Source: Hypanus sabinus
Lineage: Eukaryota
NCBI RefSeq assembly: GCF_030144855.1
Contig: NC_082712.1
Coordinates: forward strand, 136,834,001 to 136,898,000
Direction: 5' to 3'
Length of the DNA: 64,000 nt
Positions within the stretch are counted from its first letter, which is position 1; each line of letters opens with the position of its first letter. This document shows positions 27,301 to 39,774 of this stretch, piece by piece. Made by a program: the position numbers and the translations under genes. The notes under the pieces are model-generated. The model did no database searches. It was not told the origin of the DNA and saw only the letters and a program-made list of their open reading frames with translations.

Positions 27301-28420
27301 ACTTTTGCTATTTTCACTTTCCCTTTAACTCCATCTTTATATTTCCAGTTCACCCCTCCCCCACCCCCACTACTAAGTTTAAACACATCTGCGTTGCAGT
27401 GGCAAACCTGTCTGCCAGAATGCTGGTCTGTCGCCTATTAAAGTGCAACCCGTCTCTTCTGTACAATTCATCCCTACCCCAAAACAAACCCCAGTGGTCC
27501 AAGAATGTAAATCCATGCTTCCTGCACCAGTTCCTCAGCCACACATTCAGATCCATTATCTCCCTGTTCCTGCCCTCTCCAGCACGAGGAACTGGAAGCA
27601 AACCAGAGATAACCACCCTGGAAGTCCTGTTTTTCAGCCTTCTTCTGAGTACTCTGAAGTCCCGCTGCAGAATGTCCTTCCTCTTTTTCCTGATGTCATT
27701 TGTGCCGACATGCACTACCACTTCCGGCTGTTCACTTTCACCCTTGAGAGTTCCTTGCAATCAGCCCGTGATGTCCTGGATCCTAGCACCAGGGAGGCAA
27801 CACATCATCCTTAAATCTCACCTGTTGCTGCAGAAAACCCTTTCCGTACCTCATACTATGGAGTCCCCTACTACCACGACTCTTCCTGATGTCTGACTCC
27901 TCAGCTCTGCTTCTGCACCAATTTTTGGCTCGCAGACCCGTCTGCCTCTCAGACTGGCAGTATCTTCTGTCCTGACAGCTTCCAAGAGGGTGAACCTGTT
28001 TACGAGAGGTACATCCCGCGGGGTCTCCTGTACTTCAAGCATCCTTTCCTTCCTCATTGTCACCCACCTTCTCTCTTCCGGTATCCTTGGTGTAATGACT
28101 TCACTGTAGGTCCTGTCCAGAAAACTCTCGTTTTCACGGATGAACCTGAGGTCATCTAGTTCTTTCTTCAGTGTTGTAACATGCTCCTTCAGAAGCTGAA
28201 TCTGAACACACTTTCCACAGCTGTAGAAGCCGGTGGCACCATCAGTGTCCCTGACCTCCCACATCATGCACGTAGCACACTGAATCAGCTTAGCGGTCAT
28301 GTCTTCACCCTCTCCAATTGTGGCGTAGTCTCCTCCCTCGGCTTCCTCACTGAAGACTCTCCAGCCAAAGGCTAGCACTTTTCACACCAGGCACTTCCCT
28401 TGACCAGGCTGCTTCCTGAC
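24307..28420 (-). mobile_element. Apparently full-length CR1 LINE (zinc finger + esterase ORF1, disrupted ORF2)
   Basis: ORF1 CATCMMWEV...CGKC, VVVVGDSIV, VHVGTND, DGLHF; ORF2 YMNARSIRNK through RT; aatagac tail repeats; 5-bp TSD gatac (24302-24306 and 28421-28425). Confidence 0.92.
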
Positions 28421-28850
28421 GATACGCATGGCTTCTCTCATGGAGATGCTACCAATGGGACAGCCTCTGTGTTCAAACATACAGAGGGTGCACTGAGCAG
28501 AGTGTCAGCTGAACTGACGGCTGTTCAGATGGTAGCCTTGCAAAATCAGATGGCCTTGGACTACCTATTTGCAGTGATAGGTGGCAGTTGAGCTGTGATT
28601 CGTCAGAAATGTTGCACCTACATCCCAGATGAGTCTGGGAACATCACTCACCTGGCAGATCAAACCCAGGAGTCAGTAAATAAGATCAGGACAGTAGAGG
28701 TCTAGCTTCATACCTACTCCCTAGGTGCAAGTTGGTGGTTTTTGGAGCACTGGGAGGCTGGTGAACTACTGTCATTGGGTAGTAACTGGTTGATTGTTAG
28801 TTTTGGGTATTATTGTGTTATGTCTTGTGTGTAGAATAGCGAGGTACCCA
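28421..28850 (+). pseudogene. ERV env remnant, TM ectodomain
   Basis: ALQNQMALDYLFAVIGGS*AVIRQKCCTYIPDESGNIT: immunosuppressive-domain motif and a CX6CC motif whose first Cys is now a stop, as in class I (gamma/epsilon-type) env. Confidence 0.88.
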
Positions 28851-29199
28851 CGATGGTTATACAAGCCTTTGGGCCGAGCATCAGTGTTGTGGCTTTTGAT
28901 GGGTAGAAAGTTGCAGTGTCTTACCTGATTATTGAAAGCCGCTGGCCTGTGTAGCTCGCTGGCGTAGAATGGAAGGAGAAAACTGAGTTAGCATTTCTGG
29001 CTGATGACTCTTCATAAACACTATAAAATGTTAATGGTAATTAAAAAAATACAGAGGGTGGAAGAGTAAAGGAAACAAAATGGAGGTTCTATGATAGAGA
29101 GAAGGCCAGAATGGTACAATTATTGGCAGATTAACTTGACAGACTGCAGTAGTTTAGAGATACGAGAAGAGAGAAACTCTGATAAGAGATATGGGAGCC

Positions 29200-29450
29200 A
29201 ATGTAGCATAGTAATTAGTGCCGGGCTATTATAGCTTATGGTATCAGAGTTTGGAGTGCAATTCTGACATTGGCTGTAAGCTCCTCCCTGTGAATGCCTG
29301 GATTTCCTCCCACATTCCAAAGGTGTACTGGTTGGTAGGTTAAGTTGGCATTGTAAATTGCCCTGAGATTAGGCTCAGGTTAAGTCAGGGGTTTGCAGAG
29401 TGATGTGGCTCATTGAGCCAGAACGACCTGCTCTGCATTGCTTCTCTAAA
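29200..29450 (+). mobile_element. SINE-like fragment
   Basis: tRNA-like 5' start (tagcatagtaattag...ggagtgcaattc) followed by ggatttcctcccacattccaaag. Confidence 0.5.
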
Positions 29451-32400
29451 TAAATAAGTAGTTGGGGGCTTCCTCACTCAACCTGCCCCCACACCCTTCT
29501 CGAGTGGCACAAGAACCTTACACTGTGGTCCTTCCCCACCAAGCCCTTGTGGTGGCTGCACCAAGCTTCAGTCCTTCTCTCAGCACTTACTCCTGTAGCC
29601 TGGACACACCTGATCTTAGCCAAAACTCCACAAGCAACCACAGTCCAATTTACTTCCAGACAGGGTACCCTTTCACCATAGTCAGACTCTGTTTGAGATG
29701 TGATGGTTGAAATTACCGGACTGTTCCTTATGATCTTCGTCCCAACTGAAACATCCATCATCCAACAGCATGATTAACATTATATTATTATAAGTATTAC
29801 AGCACAGATTGGAATACTGTTTGCATAACAATGTTAATGTAAATGACCCCACCCCTTTCACTGCCAGGAGCCATCCAATAAAGCCCCAATGCGTAACAAT
29901 AATATGATTACAAGGTAAATTGAGCCATATGGTGTGGAGATTTATAAATGGTTCAAATCAAAATCACTGGAACTCAGCCATCAGAACCGCTGCAATCTTG
30001 CACTGCTGTGCAAGTCCTATGATATCCTAGCCTTAATGCAGGTTAAGGCTGACTTTGTCCATGTGCTGCACAGTTGGATTCCTCTTGGAGTCCCAAGACA
30101 GTACTCCTGCATTATACTCAGGACTGTTAGTGACTGTTAACAAGCCATGTGGAATCTGGAGCAGGTCAGTATAAATGCTCTGCATTCATTTCAAGAACCA
30201 GGCATTCTCTTAAAAAAATCTTCTCAAATTCAAAGTATGCCAAGTTTAATATTCTTAACAACAAGGATAACAGAAAGTGATTCAATGCAATTTCGATAGT
30301 AACATGAAATAGTTTAATATTTTGAGGCTCATATATTGTTCTATTGATTTACATAGGTATTTACAGTACTGTGACTGTCATCTCTGAACTTTCAAACACT
30401 TCTTCTGGCTCAGGATATATATACATGGATAATCTGAAAGTTTATGAATACACATGACCAACATTAATGTTGTGGGGACTGAATATTTGGGACACATATA
30501 TTTCAAATGAAAGAACAAATACACCTTTGACCTGCTAAGTGACAAAATAAGTCTGGTTTAGAAACTTCTTGATCTCTATCACAATGGTGCAATGTAACAA
30601 TAAAATTTATCTGATGCCAATCAATTAATACCCCCAAACTCATTATGTTTAGCTGATGCAAATGAAAACAACACATGGTCATGCAAATTTGCAAGCCTAT
30701 TGCTTGAGCACCCTCCTTGCTGGGTCCAGTACCCTGTGTTCTGTACAGTGCTGTTTATTCACAAAGCTGTCCTTTGAATTCCAAAAAGATTACTGCTCGC
30801 AATTTACATCTCAAAAAGTGTTTTTTGAAGACTGATTCTCATTACTGAAGGTTGCCCTGGGTGTAACAAAACCTCACAGGGATATCACCCAGATCCTGTG
30901 CCCAGCTCAGACCTGGTGCAGGATATCACCAACAGCGGAAGTAACACAGGCAAGTGGCTGCTTATGCCAGTCAACAATTCACACGTTCAATAACAGCAAA
31001 TATTTCTCAAGTGCACGAAAATATGAAGCTCAATCTCAAGTTCAAATTTAATTGTCATTCTACCATACATGGATACCTATGAATACAACCAAAGGAAACA
31101 ACGTTCCTCCAGGGTCAAGGTGCAGAACACAGTAGCAACAGTCATATACAGCACTGGAGGCAGCACACTATCAGTGGCTGCAACAGGCAACGCCTGCTAA
31201 TATCAAACACCAATTTGTTCACAAATGCCAGATGTAATTGTTAGGAGGCAGTTATATTCATATACAGAAATTATAACTATCATTTACTTGTTTTTCTAGA
31301 ATTCAAATACATTTAATGAAAGTATATTTTAAGAGACAATAAAAAACAAGACATACTATGTATATTCATGCTGTTTTTGCCCCCCAAAGATTTTCTCTTC
31401 CAATTTTCCTGGTGCAGCCCCCATATCCGAATCCAATTTTACAACCAGTTGTTAACTAGCATACAATTTTCAGTGAATGGTGTATTTGTTCCTTTTCTCA
31501 CCGCAATTTCCAATTACCAGATGGCCTACCAAATAAATCCCAGTACATCATATTTATCAGCAGTTTCCTTCATCTCTCTGTAAAAGTTAGAGAACTTCAG
31601 GACTTGCATACAAGCATAGATTATTCATTTATATTGGGGACACCGCTTTAGTTGTTACAATTCTAAGCTTAGGTTAACACATGAAAGTTTAGACATTTCA
31701 CATACATACTTGTACAAAAAGGCTCAATAACTTTGCTGCCCAAACTGACATAACATATACATGTAAATCTTAAAACTTAGGTTAATATACAAAATTTATA
31801 TATCATCTTCAAATGTGTTCACATGTGGATGGTCTAATATTTAATGACTGATGTCTAAAATGCTTTAAAAATTAAAACACCTCTCAGTAAACAGTACACA
31901 TAATCCTTTGATGCAATCAAGCTTTCTGGTGTCAATGCTGGATTGCAGAAATCCCCTTTCTGGTTTACAATAGATACTAATATTTAAAGTCAGAAAAGGG
32001 GTTCTGCACACAACAGGGATTGTTATATCCTTGGTTCTAATTGGTCTGTGACTGCAATTCTAGTCCATTTTACTGAATTCCAACAACCTTAACATTAGTT
32101 CTAAAATGTTAGAACCTTGCAATAATGAAGGGCTAGAGCTGCAAGCAGGGCAGGCAGCAACTATGGAAAAGAGTAAACAGTCGACGTTTATAGCTGAGAC
32201 ATTTCATCAAGAGTAGGGGAAAAACGAGGAGATCAGAGTAAGGCAGCTGGGGGGGTGGGAGGAAAAAGTACAAAGTGATAGGTGACGGGTGAAACAGGGA
32301 GTGAGGGTGGAGTGAAGTAAAGAGCTGAGGAGTTGGATGGTGAAAGAGTTAAAAGGACTAGGGAAGGGGAAAACAGAGAGATTTTCTAAAGGTGGGGGGC

Positions 32401-33119
32401 GGCAGGAAACAACAAAGTGGGGGCAATTACCAGTAGTTTGAAAATAATTCTTTCAAAATCGATTTGCCCATAATATTCCTTTAAAACCTTTCAATCCAGG
32501 TACTCATCCAAACACTTAAATGTTTTTACTGTACCAGTATGAAGCTGTCGCTCAGGTCACTCTCATATTCTTCCCCTCTCACCTTAAACCTGTGCTCTGT
32601 AGTTTCTGGTTCCTCTGTGTGCATTGTCCCTTTATTCCCCCCAATAGATGCTGCCCAACTTGCTGAGTTCCTCCAGCATTTTGTTGTGTTTCCAGAAAAT
32701 TTACAGAATTGATCAATGCATCTGATCCACCTGATTAGTTGGGGGCAAAGGAAGGAGAGAGTCAATGTTCGTAAATGCACTAAGAGTAGGTACATTTTTG
32801 TCCAAATGGCACAGGAGTTCAACTGAACTGTAATAAATGATTCCCTGGATTTAACGATAATTACGTAATTAAATCATTGTGACTTAATGTGTCGGATCAG
32901 ACAACTCCTATTGTACATGAGATCTTTGGACACATCTGCCGTCCTCAATTAATTTCTCCTTACACCTACAACTAAATCACTGTCTGTCTCACAATTATGC
33001 TACTTTTGTGACTTAAATAAATGGTACGTTAACTAAACTGGATTAATTTACCGATCAGAATGGTGAACGGATACTGGATGGTAAACTGCAAAAGAACAAT
33101 GAAGTTGAATATGAATTGT

Positions 33120-33125
33120 TTTATT
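33120..33125 (-). terminator. Candidate polyadenylation signal AATAAA of the multi-Ig gene
   Basis: AATAAA on the minus strand about 100 nt after the exon C stop codon. Confidence 0.45.
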
Positions 33126-33228
33126 CTCAGTCATAATTGAAGCACTGTCTTCAACTTAAAAAGAGATTCTATGTTCACTGTTTTAGAAAATGCTGCATAA
33201 ATTCAACTTAACATCAAGTCGTACTGTT

Positions 33229-33506
33229 TCATATGTTCTTCCAAATTAAATTCAAGTTGAACTTGGATGTGATGTTTTCATTTGGTTTCGGTGTATAAGT
33301 TAGTTCAGTGGTGAAACCGCTAGCATTTTCAAATGGCTTGTTTGTAACAAACTCCTTTTCATCAAAAGGATAAGCATCTCTGTACCAGATGATATGAGCC
33401 TCTTCGAGGGCACATTCTTTAACATCGCAAGAAAGAGTTACTGGTTGACCAATTTTAGGATTTTTTGTGAGGCACTTTATTTCTGAAACCTTCTGTGATA
33501 CTTCTG
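33229..33506 (-). CDS. Divergent terminal Ig-like exon C of the multi-Ig gene (absent from the ORF track)
   Basis: Acceptor ttcttttttcag, phase 1. Encodes AEVSQKVSEIKCLTKNPKIGQPVTLSCDVKECALEEAHIIWYRDAYPFDEKEFVTNKPFENASGFTTELTYTPKPNENITSKFNLNLIWKNI*. The IKC...PVTLSC...W pattern parallels exon A. Confidence 0.7.
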
Positions 33507-34696
33507 CTGAAAAAAGAATTCACAATAAATAACATGAGAACCTTAAAGACATTTCAAAAATAAAGACCTATGTGAGTCAATATGTATTACTGCACTCGCA
33601 AAGTCCCTTACTTTAATTCTTACAAATTCTAATGTTTATACTAAATTACCATTGTCATCCTGAACTACTGCAGTTGGGTGGATAAGGAATATCATCCAGA
33701 TGAAATATTTGCTGTCATGGCATAGAATCATGGAATCATACAGCATAAGAACAGGGCTTTGTCTCAGTTCATCAACACTGACCAAGATGCCGGAAGTTAG
33801 ACACATCTGCCCACATTGAATGTATATCCCTGAACACTACCTGTTCAAATGTCTTCTAGATGTTGTTATTTTACCTGCTCCAATACTTCCTCTGTCAGCT
33901 TACTTGATATACTATGTATCATTCTCTGCCTCAGGTCCCTTGAAAATTTTTCTCCTCTCACACTTATACTCTCTAATTTTCAATTCCCTTTGATGGGGAA
34001 GAAGATTTGTGCATTCATCCTAACTACGTCCCATATGATATTATACACCTCTAAGATCACCTCTCAGTCACAGATACTCCAACAAATAAAGCGCTAGTCT
34101 GCTCAGCCTCTCCCTATAACTCACCTCACACTTGACACAACTTCCATGATCTGTTTTTGCTGGTGTAAATTTTATGCTTGTAATTGATGAAATCAGAGCT
34201 ACTTCTGCAATCTCACAATGACCTGTTTTTGCATCTTTCCAGCTTTATACCACATTACTTTGATTTTCCCAGCAATATAGCCATTCAAGATGCTAAATAT
34301 TGCAGGTTATTTAGCTTGAAGTAGTTCCTGATCACATTTAATATCAGATATCTCCTCTCAACTTAATCTAATGGTGTCTGGTTTTTCCATTCCCTTTAAT
34401 GGAGAAAATAATTGTGCATTCATCCTGACTATGCCCCATATGATATTATACACCTGTAAGGTCACCTCTCAGTCTCCAATACTCCCATAAATGAAGTCCT
34501 AACCTGCTCAGCCTCTCCCTATAACTCACCTCCCTGAGTCCTGGCAACATTCTCATAAATCTGCTTTGCACTCTTTCCAGCCAATGATATCTTCTGTATA
34601 AGAAATATCATATCCACTCTTAATCTGGAATATGTTTCTCCTTTCTAGGTATTCTGAACACAGTGGATCACATGCCAGTTTACCTGTCTTACCTTG

Positions 34697-34743
34697 TCAG
34701 CATTTCATGATCTGAACTGTAATCATTCCTTCCATTCCATTCA
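34697..34743 (-). CDS. Paralog of the candidate short terminal exon (xNGMEGMITVQIMKC*)
   Basis: Acceptor tgtatgtctcttctctag. Near-identical to 39032-39078, followed by a gtaaga donor-like site. Confidence 0.25.
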
Positions 34744-35395
34744 CTAGAGAAGAGACATACAGCAATAAAGGAGTTTAGTTGTTAACACAGATGTCACAAA
34801 CAAGTATCAGGTGAAAGTGTGGGATGCATGCTCGGCAAGATTCTTTAAAACAGAGTCAGTATTCATTGCCTTGTGGAAGAGAAGGGAAGTGATCTTGTTT
34901 TAAAATGGAGGCCTAAAGTGATTACAAGCATGTTCAGGCATGGAAGTTAGCACCAGAGTCTACCAGAAAAATCCAGTCCACCTTAGAGTATTTGAAGAGT
35001 TGACGACATGATAGAGCCTGAAGGAAAAAGTAGTTCACCATAAGGTGCTCAAGTGTCTGTTTGGAGATGACTACTTGATTGATATTTACATACATAATCA
35101 GAAGAAACAGTTGGTATACAAATGACGTGAGAAATTTAATTTTGTAAAGCTTAATCAGATCTGTGTTTGGCTGTTTCAATGTATTCTTGTTATCATCTAC
35201 AGAACAGTGGAAATTCATTGGATCTGGGCACCCAAGAAATGAAGGCAGCAATCAGACAGGTCCATTGAAATGGACTGGCAGCTTGTAGACAACAGCTTAA
35301 GTTCACCATTCCAAATACTAATTCTTGTCTCATGTGTAAAAATCTAAAATTCTACTTTGCCCCAATAATGGATTTCAAGTGAATGATCACTTTAC

Positions 35396-35439
35396 CTTCA
35401 CTTGTTGCTTTCAGCTGTCATCTTCCTTGACAGCATTGT
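35396..35439 (-). pseudogene. Paralog of the 45-bp micro-exon, 44 bp with an in-frame TGA (DNAVKEDDS*)
   Basis: Same acceptor/donor context as 39730-39774, but 1 nt shorter and with a stop in all three frames. Confidence 0.4.
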
Positions 35440-35515
35440 CTGCAGGGGAAAATAGTAGTTTAATAAAACCAAATAGACAAATCAAATTAACCCTTAAAAT
35501 CTGAAACACTAATTA

Positions 35516-35865
35516 TCTAGCTACTACTAAAACTCTCATGCTCTGTTTGTCTGTTTGTGACTTCCAATTAGTGCAAACGGCACATTACAGTGGCACATTT
35601 TTTGGCTAAATTGACTGAAAAAGCACCAACTTACAGAATGCAGGCAAAGTTCAGGGTTATATATTCATATAAAATTGCTCAGTTGCCAACAGTAACAGCC
35701 CCGCTTTCACCCGAGAGTCACTCCACCATCATTGAAATCGGGAGGCGACACCAGGATGCATGCGCACGGCCAGCCTCAGCAGCGACACCAAGCGGAGCAA
35801 AAGGGCAGGGCAGCTCTATTTCAATTCTCTCAAATAGTGCCCGAACGGGTCACCCCATTGTCTAG
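35516..35865 (+). mobile_element. Non-autonomous Helitron
   Basis: 5'-TC and CTAG-3' termini, inserted between A and T, subterminal hairpin gtgcccgaacgggtcac, no TSD. Absent from the paralogous site at about 39850. Confidence 0.8.
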
Positions 35866-36084
35866 TTTCATCTAACCAGATGTTAAACAACTGTAGCTAC
35901 CTAGAATTACCTATTCACACCAGCAGAAAAAACACACCAGTTCAGTCAGTGTGAGGACTTGATTTGCAGTAAATGGTTAAATTAATATTCTGTTGCGTTT
36001 AAAATAAATCATTGCATCTATAACAACACTGTTGGATTGTGTCACATGAACACACTAGAATGGTGCACTGTTCCCTGTTACAAT

Positions 36085-36710
36085 TGATGGTGAAGTCGTT
36101 GCTGGGGCAAGGACCTACAAGTAGTTGGGGCTGCACCTGGATGACAGAATTGAGTCGAGCTCAAACACACAGGCTGTGTCAAAGAAAGGCCGGAGTCGCT
36201 TCTACTTCTTGAGGAGACTGAGGTCCTTTGGAGTGTACGGGTTTCTCCTTCACTTCTTCTGCCAGTCTGTTGTCGCCAGTACAATCTTCTCTGTAGTGGT
36301 CTGCTAGGGCAGTGGCATCAACACGGGCAATGCCAGCAGGCTCAATAAACTGTTTAGAAAGGCTGGCTCTTTCATGGGTGTTCAACTGGACACACTACAG
36401 GCTGTCGTAGAACAGAGGACACTACAGGAAATCCTGGAAATTCTGGACAATGGTTCACGCTGTTTGTATGCCACATTGGCTGAACAGAGGAGAACTTTGG
36501 GTGATAGACCAAGACAACCATGCTGCTGCAAAAAGTACTATATAGTCATTCTACCTTCAGCTATCAGGCTCTATAATTAGACAGCCGACAGCTGGTTAAG
36601 TGATGAACCCCTACTGTTAGACTGTTTGAAGTGTCTTTTTCCCTTCTAGTATTTATATCTATGCACTTTTAATTCTAGTCTGAAGCTGTAATTTCTTTTG
36701 GGATCAATAA
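36085..36710 (+). mobile_element. LINE RT 3' fragment (Rex1/RTE-like), duplicated at 42515-43160
   Basis: YK.LGLHLDDR...KKGRSRFYFLRRLRSF motif; both copies are decayed. Confidence 0.7.
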
Positions 36711-37445
36711 AGTAGCTATATCTATCTAATACAAGATCTTCCTTGAAGGAGTAATTTGAATTATTTTTCTTTTTGAACTTTGTCTCTTCATGAACCACCT
36801 CACATTTGATACAACTTATAAGATCTGTTTTTGCTAGTGTAAACCTTATGCTTGTACTTGATGAAATCAGGCCACCTTCTGCAATCTCACGATGACTTGC
36901 TTTTGTGTCATTCCATCTTTATACCACGTTACTTTGATTTTCACAGGAACATAGCCAATGAAGAGACTAAATGTTGCAGGCTATTTAGCTTGAAGTCATT
37001 CTGGATCACTTTTAATATCAGATATCTCCTCTTGACTTAAACTAATGCTCTCTAGTTGTTCCCTTCCCTTTGAGTAACCGACTAAGGCAGCTGCGCTGCT
37101 TCAAAGAGCGCCTTATCAGGCCATTCCTACCCACCACCACTAGGCCCCATAATGAATCAGTCATTATAGGTAGTGATGATCCCTTCCTGTTACACTGCTT
37201 GAGATAACTTATTTTTATTCTTTTGAATCCTCTTCTAATATTTATATCTGTGCACTTGTAATGCTATGGTGACACTGTAAGTTCCTTTGAGATCAATAAA
37301 ATATCTATATCTATCTACTATAACAGGTTCTCCCTCGAAGGCGTAATTAGAATTCATTCTGTTGAATTTTGTCTCTTTGTGAACCACCTCACATTTGATA
37401 CAACTTACTGGAGCTGTTTTTGCTAGTGTAAACTTTATGCTTGTA

Positions 37446-38345
37446 CAGTCGGCCCTCCTTATCCACGGGGGATTGGTCCCCGAACCCCTCGCGGATACCA
37501 AATTTTGCAGGTGCTCAAGTCCCTTATTCAAGCTGTCTCAGTGTGGTTGAACTTAGAACCCAGCGGAACCCCAGACCTTATTTAACCTGTCTCAGTGCGG
37601 TGAACATTAGGACCCGGCTGCAGAGATCTGAATCCGCAGTGTTTCTGTTCGCGAAAAAAATCACGAACACGATTGAAAATCAAATGGAAATAATAAAGTG
37701 ATCTGAAAGAGGTGAAACACCATCGGTCATTGGAAAAGTGTTCGTCTACGTCGGTCAACGATCGGAACAATTTTAAAGGATAAAGTGAGAAAGGCTCTGC
37801 CCCGATGAAAGCTATAATTATTACTAAGCAATGCAATAGTTTAATTATTGGGTTTTGGGTTTTTTATCCTCCGCATCAACCTGGCACGGTGGAGAGCGCG
37901 CTCGGGAGCAGTCTGTCCTGAGTCCCGAGAACTTCCGTTCCCGAGTCTGGCACTGGAACATACATTCCTAAGTGTTTTATATGCATAGAAAGGTAAAATA
38001 TATACTATATACTAAGACAAATGTTTGACTAACTGACGCTAAATGATACCGGATGTACCTGTTCTGACTTACTTAGTAAGAGAACTTCCGATTTTTCTGA
38101 TCCCGATCTACGNNNNNNNNNNNNNNNNNNNNNNNNNNNNNNNNNNNNNNNNNNNNNNNNNNNNNNNNNNNNNNNNNNNNNNNNNNNNNNNNNNNNNNNN
38201 NNNNNNNNNNNNNNNNNNNNNNNNNNNNNNNNNNNNNNNNNNNNNNNNNNNNNNNNNNNNAGTGCTAGAAGCACTTCCGGGTTTTCGCGATTCGCGGTTG
38301 GTTGAATTTGCGCATGCGGAATTTGTGGATGAGGAGGGCTGACTG
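37446..38345. mobile_element. Tigger/pogo-like (Tc1-mariner) non-autonomous element containing an assembly gap
   Basis: TA on both flanks; TIRs cagtcggccctccttatcc / ggatgaggagggctgactg. It splits a segment that is contiguous at 36790-37020. Confidence 0.85.
38113..38260. other. Assembly gap (148 N)
   Basis: Run of N. Confidence 1.
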
Positions 38346-39031
38346 TAGTTGATGAAATCAGGCCATCTTCTTTAATCTCACAATGACCTGTTTTTGCGTC
38401 TTTTCATCTTTATACCACGTTACTTTGATTTTCGCAGCAACATAGCCATTCAAGATGCTAAACATTGCAGGCTATTTAGCTTGAAGTAGTTCTGGATCAC
38501 TTTTAACATGAGATACCTCCTCTCAAATTAAACCAATGCTCTCTAGTTTTGCCATTCCCTTTGATGGGAAAAAGATTTGTGCATTCATCCTGACTATGGC
38601 CATATGATATTATACACCTCTAAGATCACCTCTCAGTCTCCGATACTCCAACAAATAAAGTCCCAGCTGCTCAGCCTCTCCCTATAACTCATCCCCTTGA
38701 ATCGTGGCAACATTCTCATAAATCTGCTTTGCACTCTTTCCAGCCAATGATAACTTTTCCATGAGAGTAAACAAAGCTGTGTACAATACTCCATGTGCTG
38801 CATTACCAACATCTTGTATAACTGTAATGCAATGCCCTGGCCCCCTACATTCAATGCCCTGATGAAGGCCAGCAGGCCAAATGTTTTATTTTCCACCTGA
38901 CTACCTGTCACCTTCGGATAGACATTATAACTATCAGATCCACTCTAAACACACTCATTTGGACTATGCTTCTCCTTTCTCGGTATTCTCAACACAGTGG
39001 GATCACTTGCCAGTTTACCCGTCTTGCCTTG

Positions 39032-39078
39032 TCAGCATTTCAGGATCTGAACTGTAATCATTCCTTCCACTCCATTCA
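39032..39078 (-). CDS. Candidate short terminal exon (VNGVEGMITVQILKC*)
   Basis: Strong acceptor tgtatgtctcttctctag. Phase-1 reading ends in Cys-stop. Paralog at 34697-34743. The reading frame is uncertain. Confidence 0.3.
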
Positions 39079-39729
39079 CTAGAGAAGAGACATACAGCAA
39101 TAAAGGAGTTTATTTGTTAACACAGATGTCACAAATACGTATCAGGTGAAAGTGTGGGATGCATGCTCAGCAAGATTCTTTAAAACAGAGTCAGTATTCA
39201 TTGCCTTGTGGAAGAGAAGGGAAGTGATCTTGTTTTAAAATGGAGGCCTAAAGTGATTACAAGCATGTTCAGGCATGGAAGTTAGCACCAGAGTCTACCA
39301 GAAAAATCCAGTCCACGTTAGAGTATTTGAAGAGTTGACGACATGATAGAGCCTGAAGGAAAAAGTAGTTCACCATAAGGTGCTCAAGTGTCTGTTTGGA
39401 GATGACTATTTGATTGATATTTACATATATAATCAGAAGAAACATTTGGTATACAAATGACGTGAGAAATTTAATTTTGTAAAGCTCAACCAGATCTGTG
39501 CTTGGCTGTTTCAGTGTATTCTTGTTATCATCTACAGAACAGTGGAAATTTATTGGATGTTGTCACCCAAGAAATGAAGGCAGCCATCAGACAGGGCACT
39601 GAAATGGTCTAGCAGCCTGTATAGAACGGCTCAAATTCACCATTCCAAATACTAATACTTGTCTCATGTGTAATAATCTAAAATTCTACTTTGCCCCAAT
39701 AATGGATCTCAAGTGAATGAACACTTTAC

Positions 39730-39774
39730 CTTTACATGTTGCTGTATTGTTGTCATCTTTCTTGACAGCATTGT
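39730..39774 (-). CDS. Candidate 45-bp micro-exon (DNAVKKDDNNTATCK in phase 1)
   Basis: Acceptor ttcttccccctacag, donor G|gtaaag, length a multiple of 3, open in the phase left by exon B. Splice sites are conserved in the paralogous copy at 35.4 kb. Confidence 0.5.

Noticed and set aside
2044-27896. Long antisense ORFs over the CR1 copies (for example 17064-18188, 24432-25004, 27252-27896)
   Set aside because: They are shadow frames opposite CR1 ORF1/ORF2.
31380-31580. Acceptor-like site near 31578 as a further (TM) exon
   Set aside because: All three frames hit early stops and none encodes a hydrophobic helix.
38029-38342. ORFs spanning the N run
   Set aside because: Artefacts of the assembly gap.
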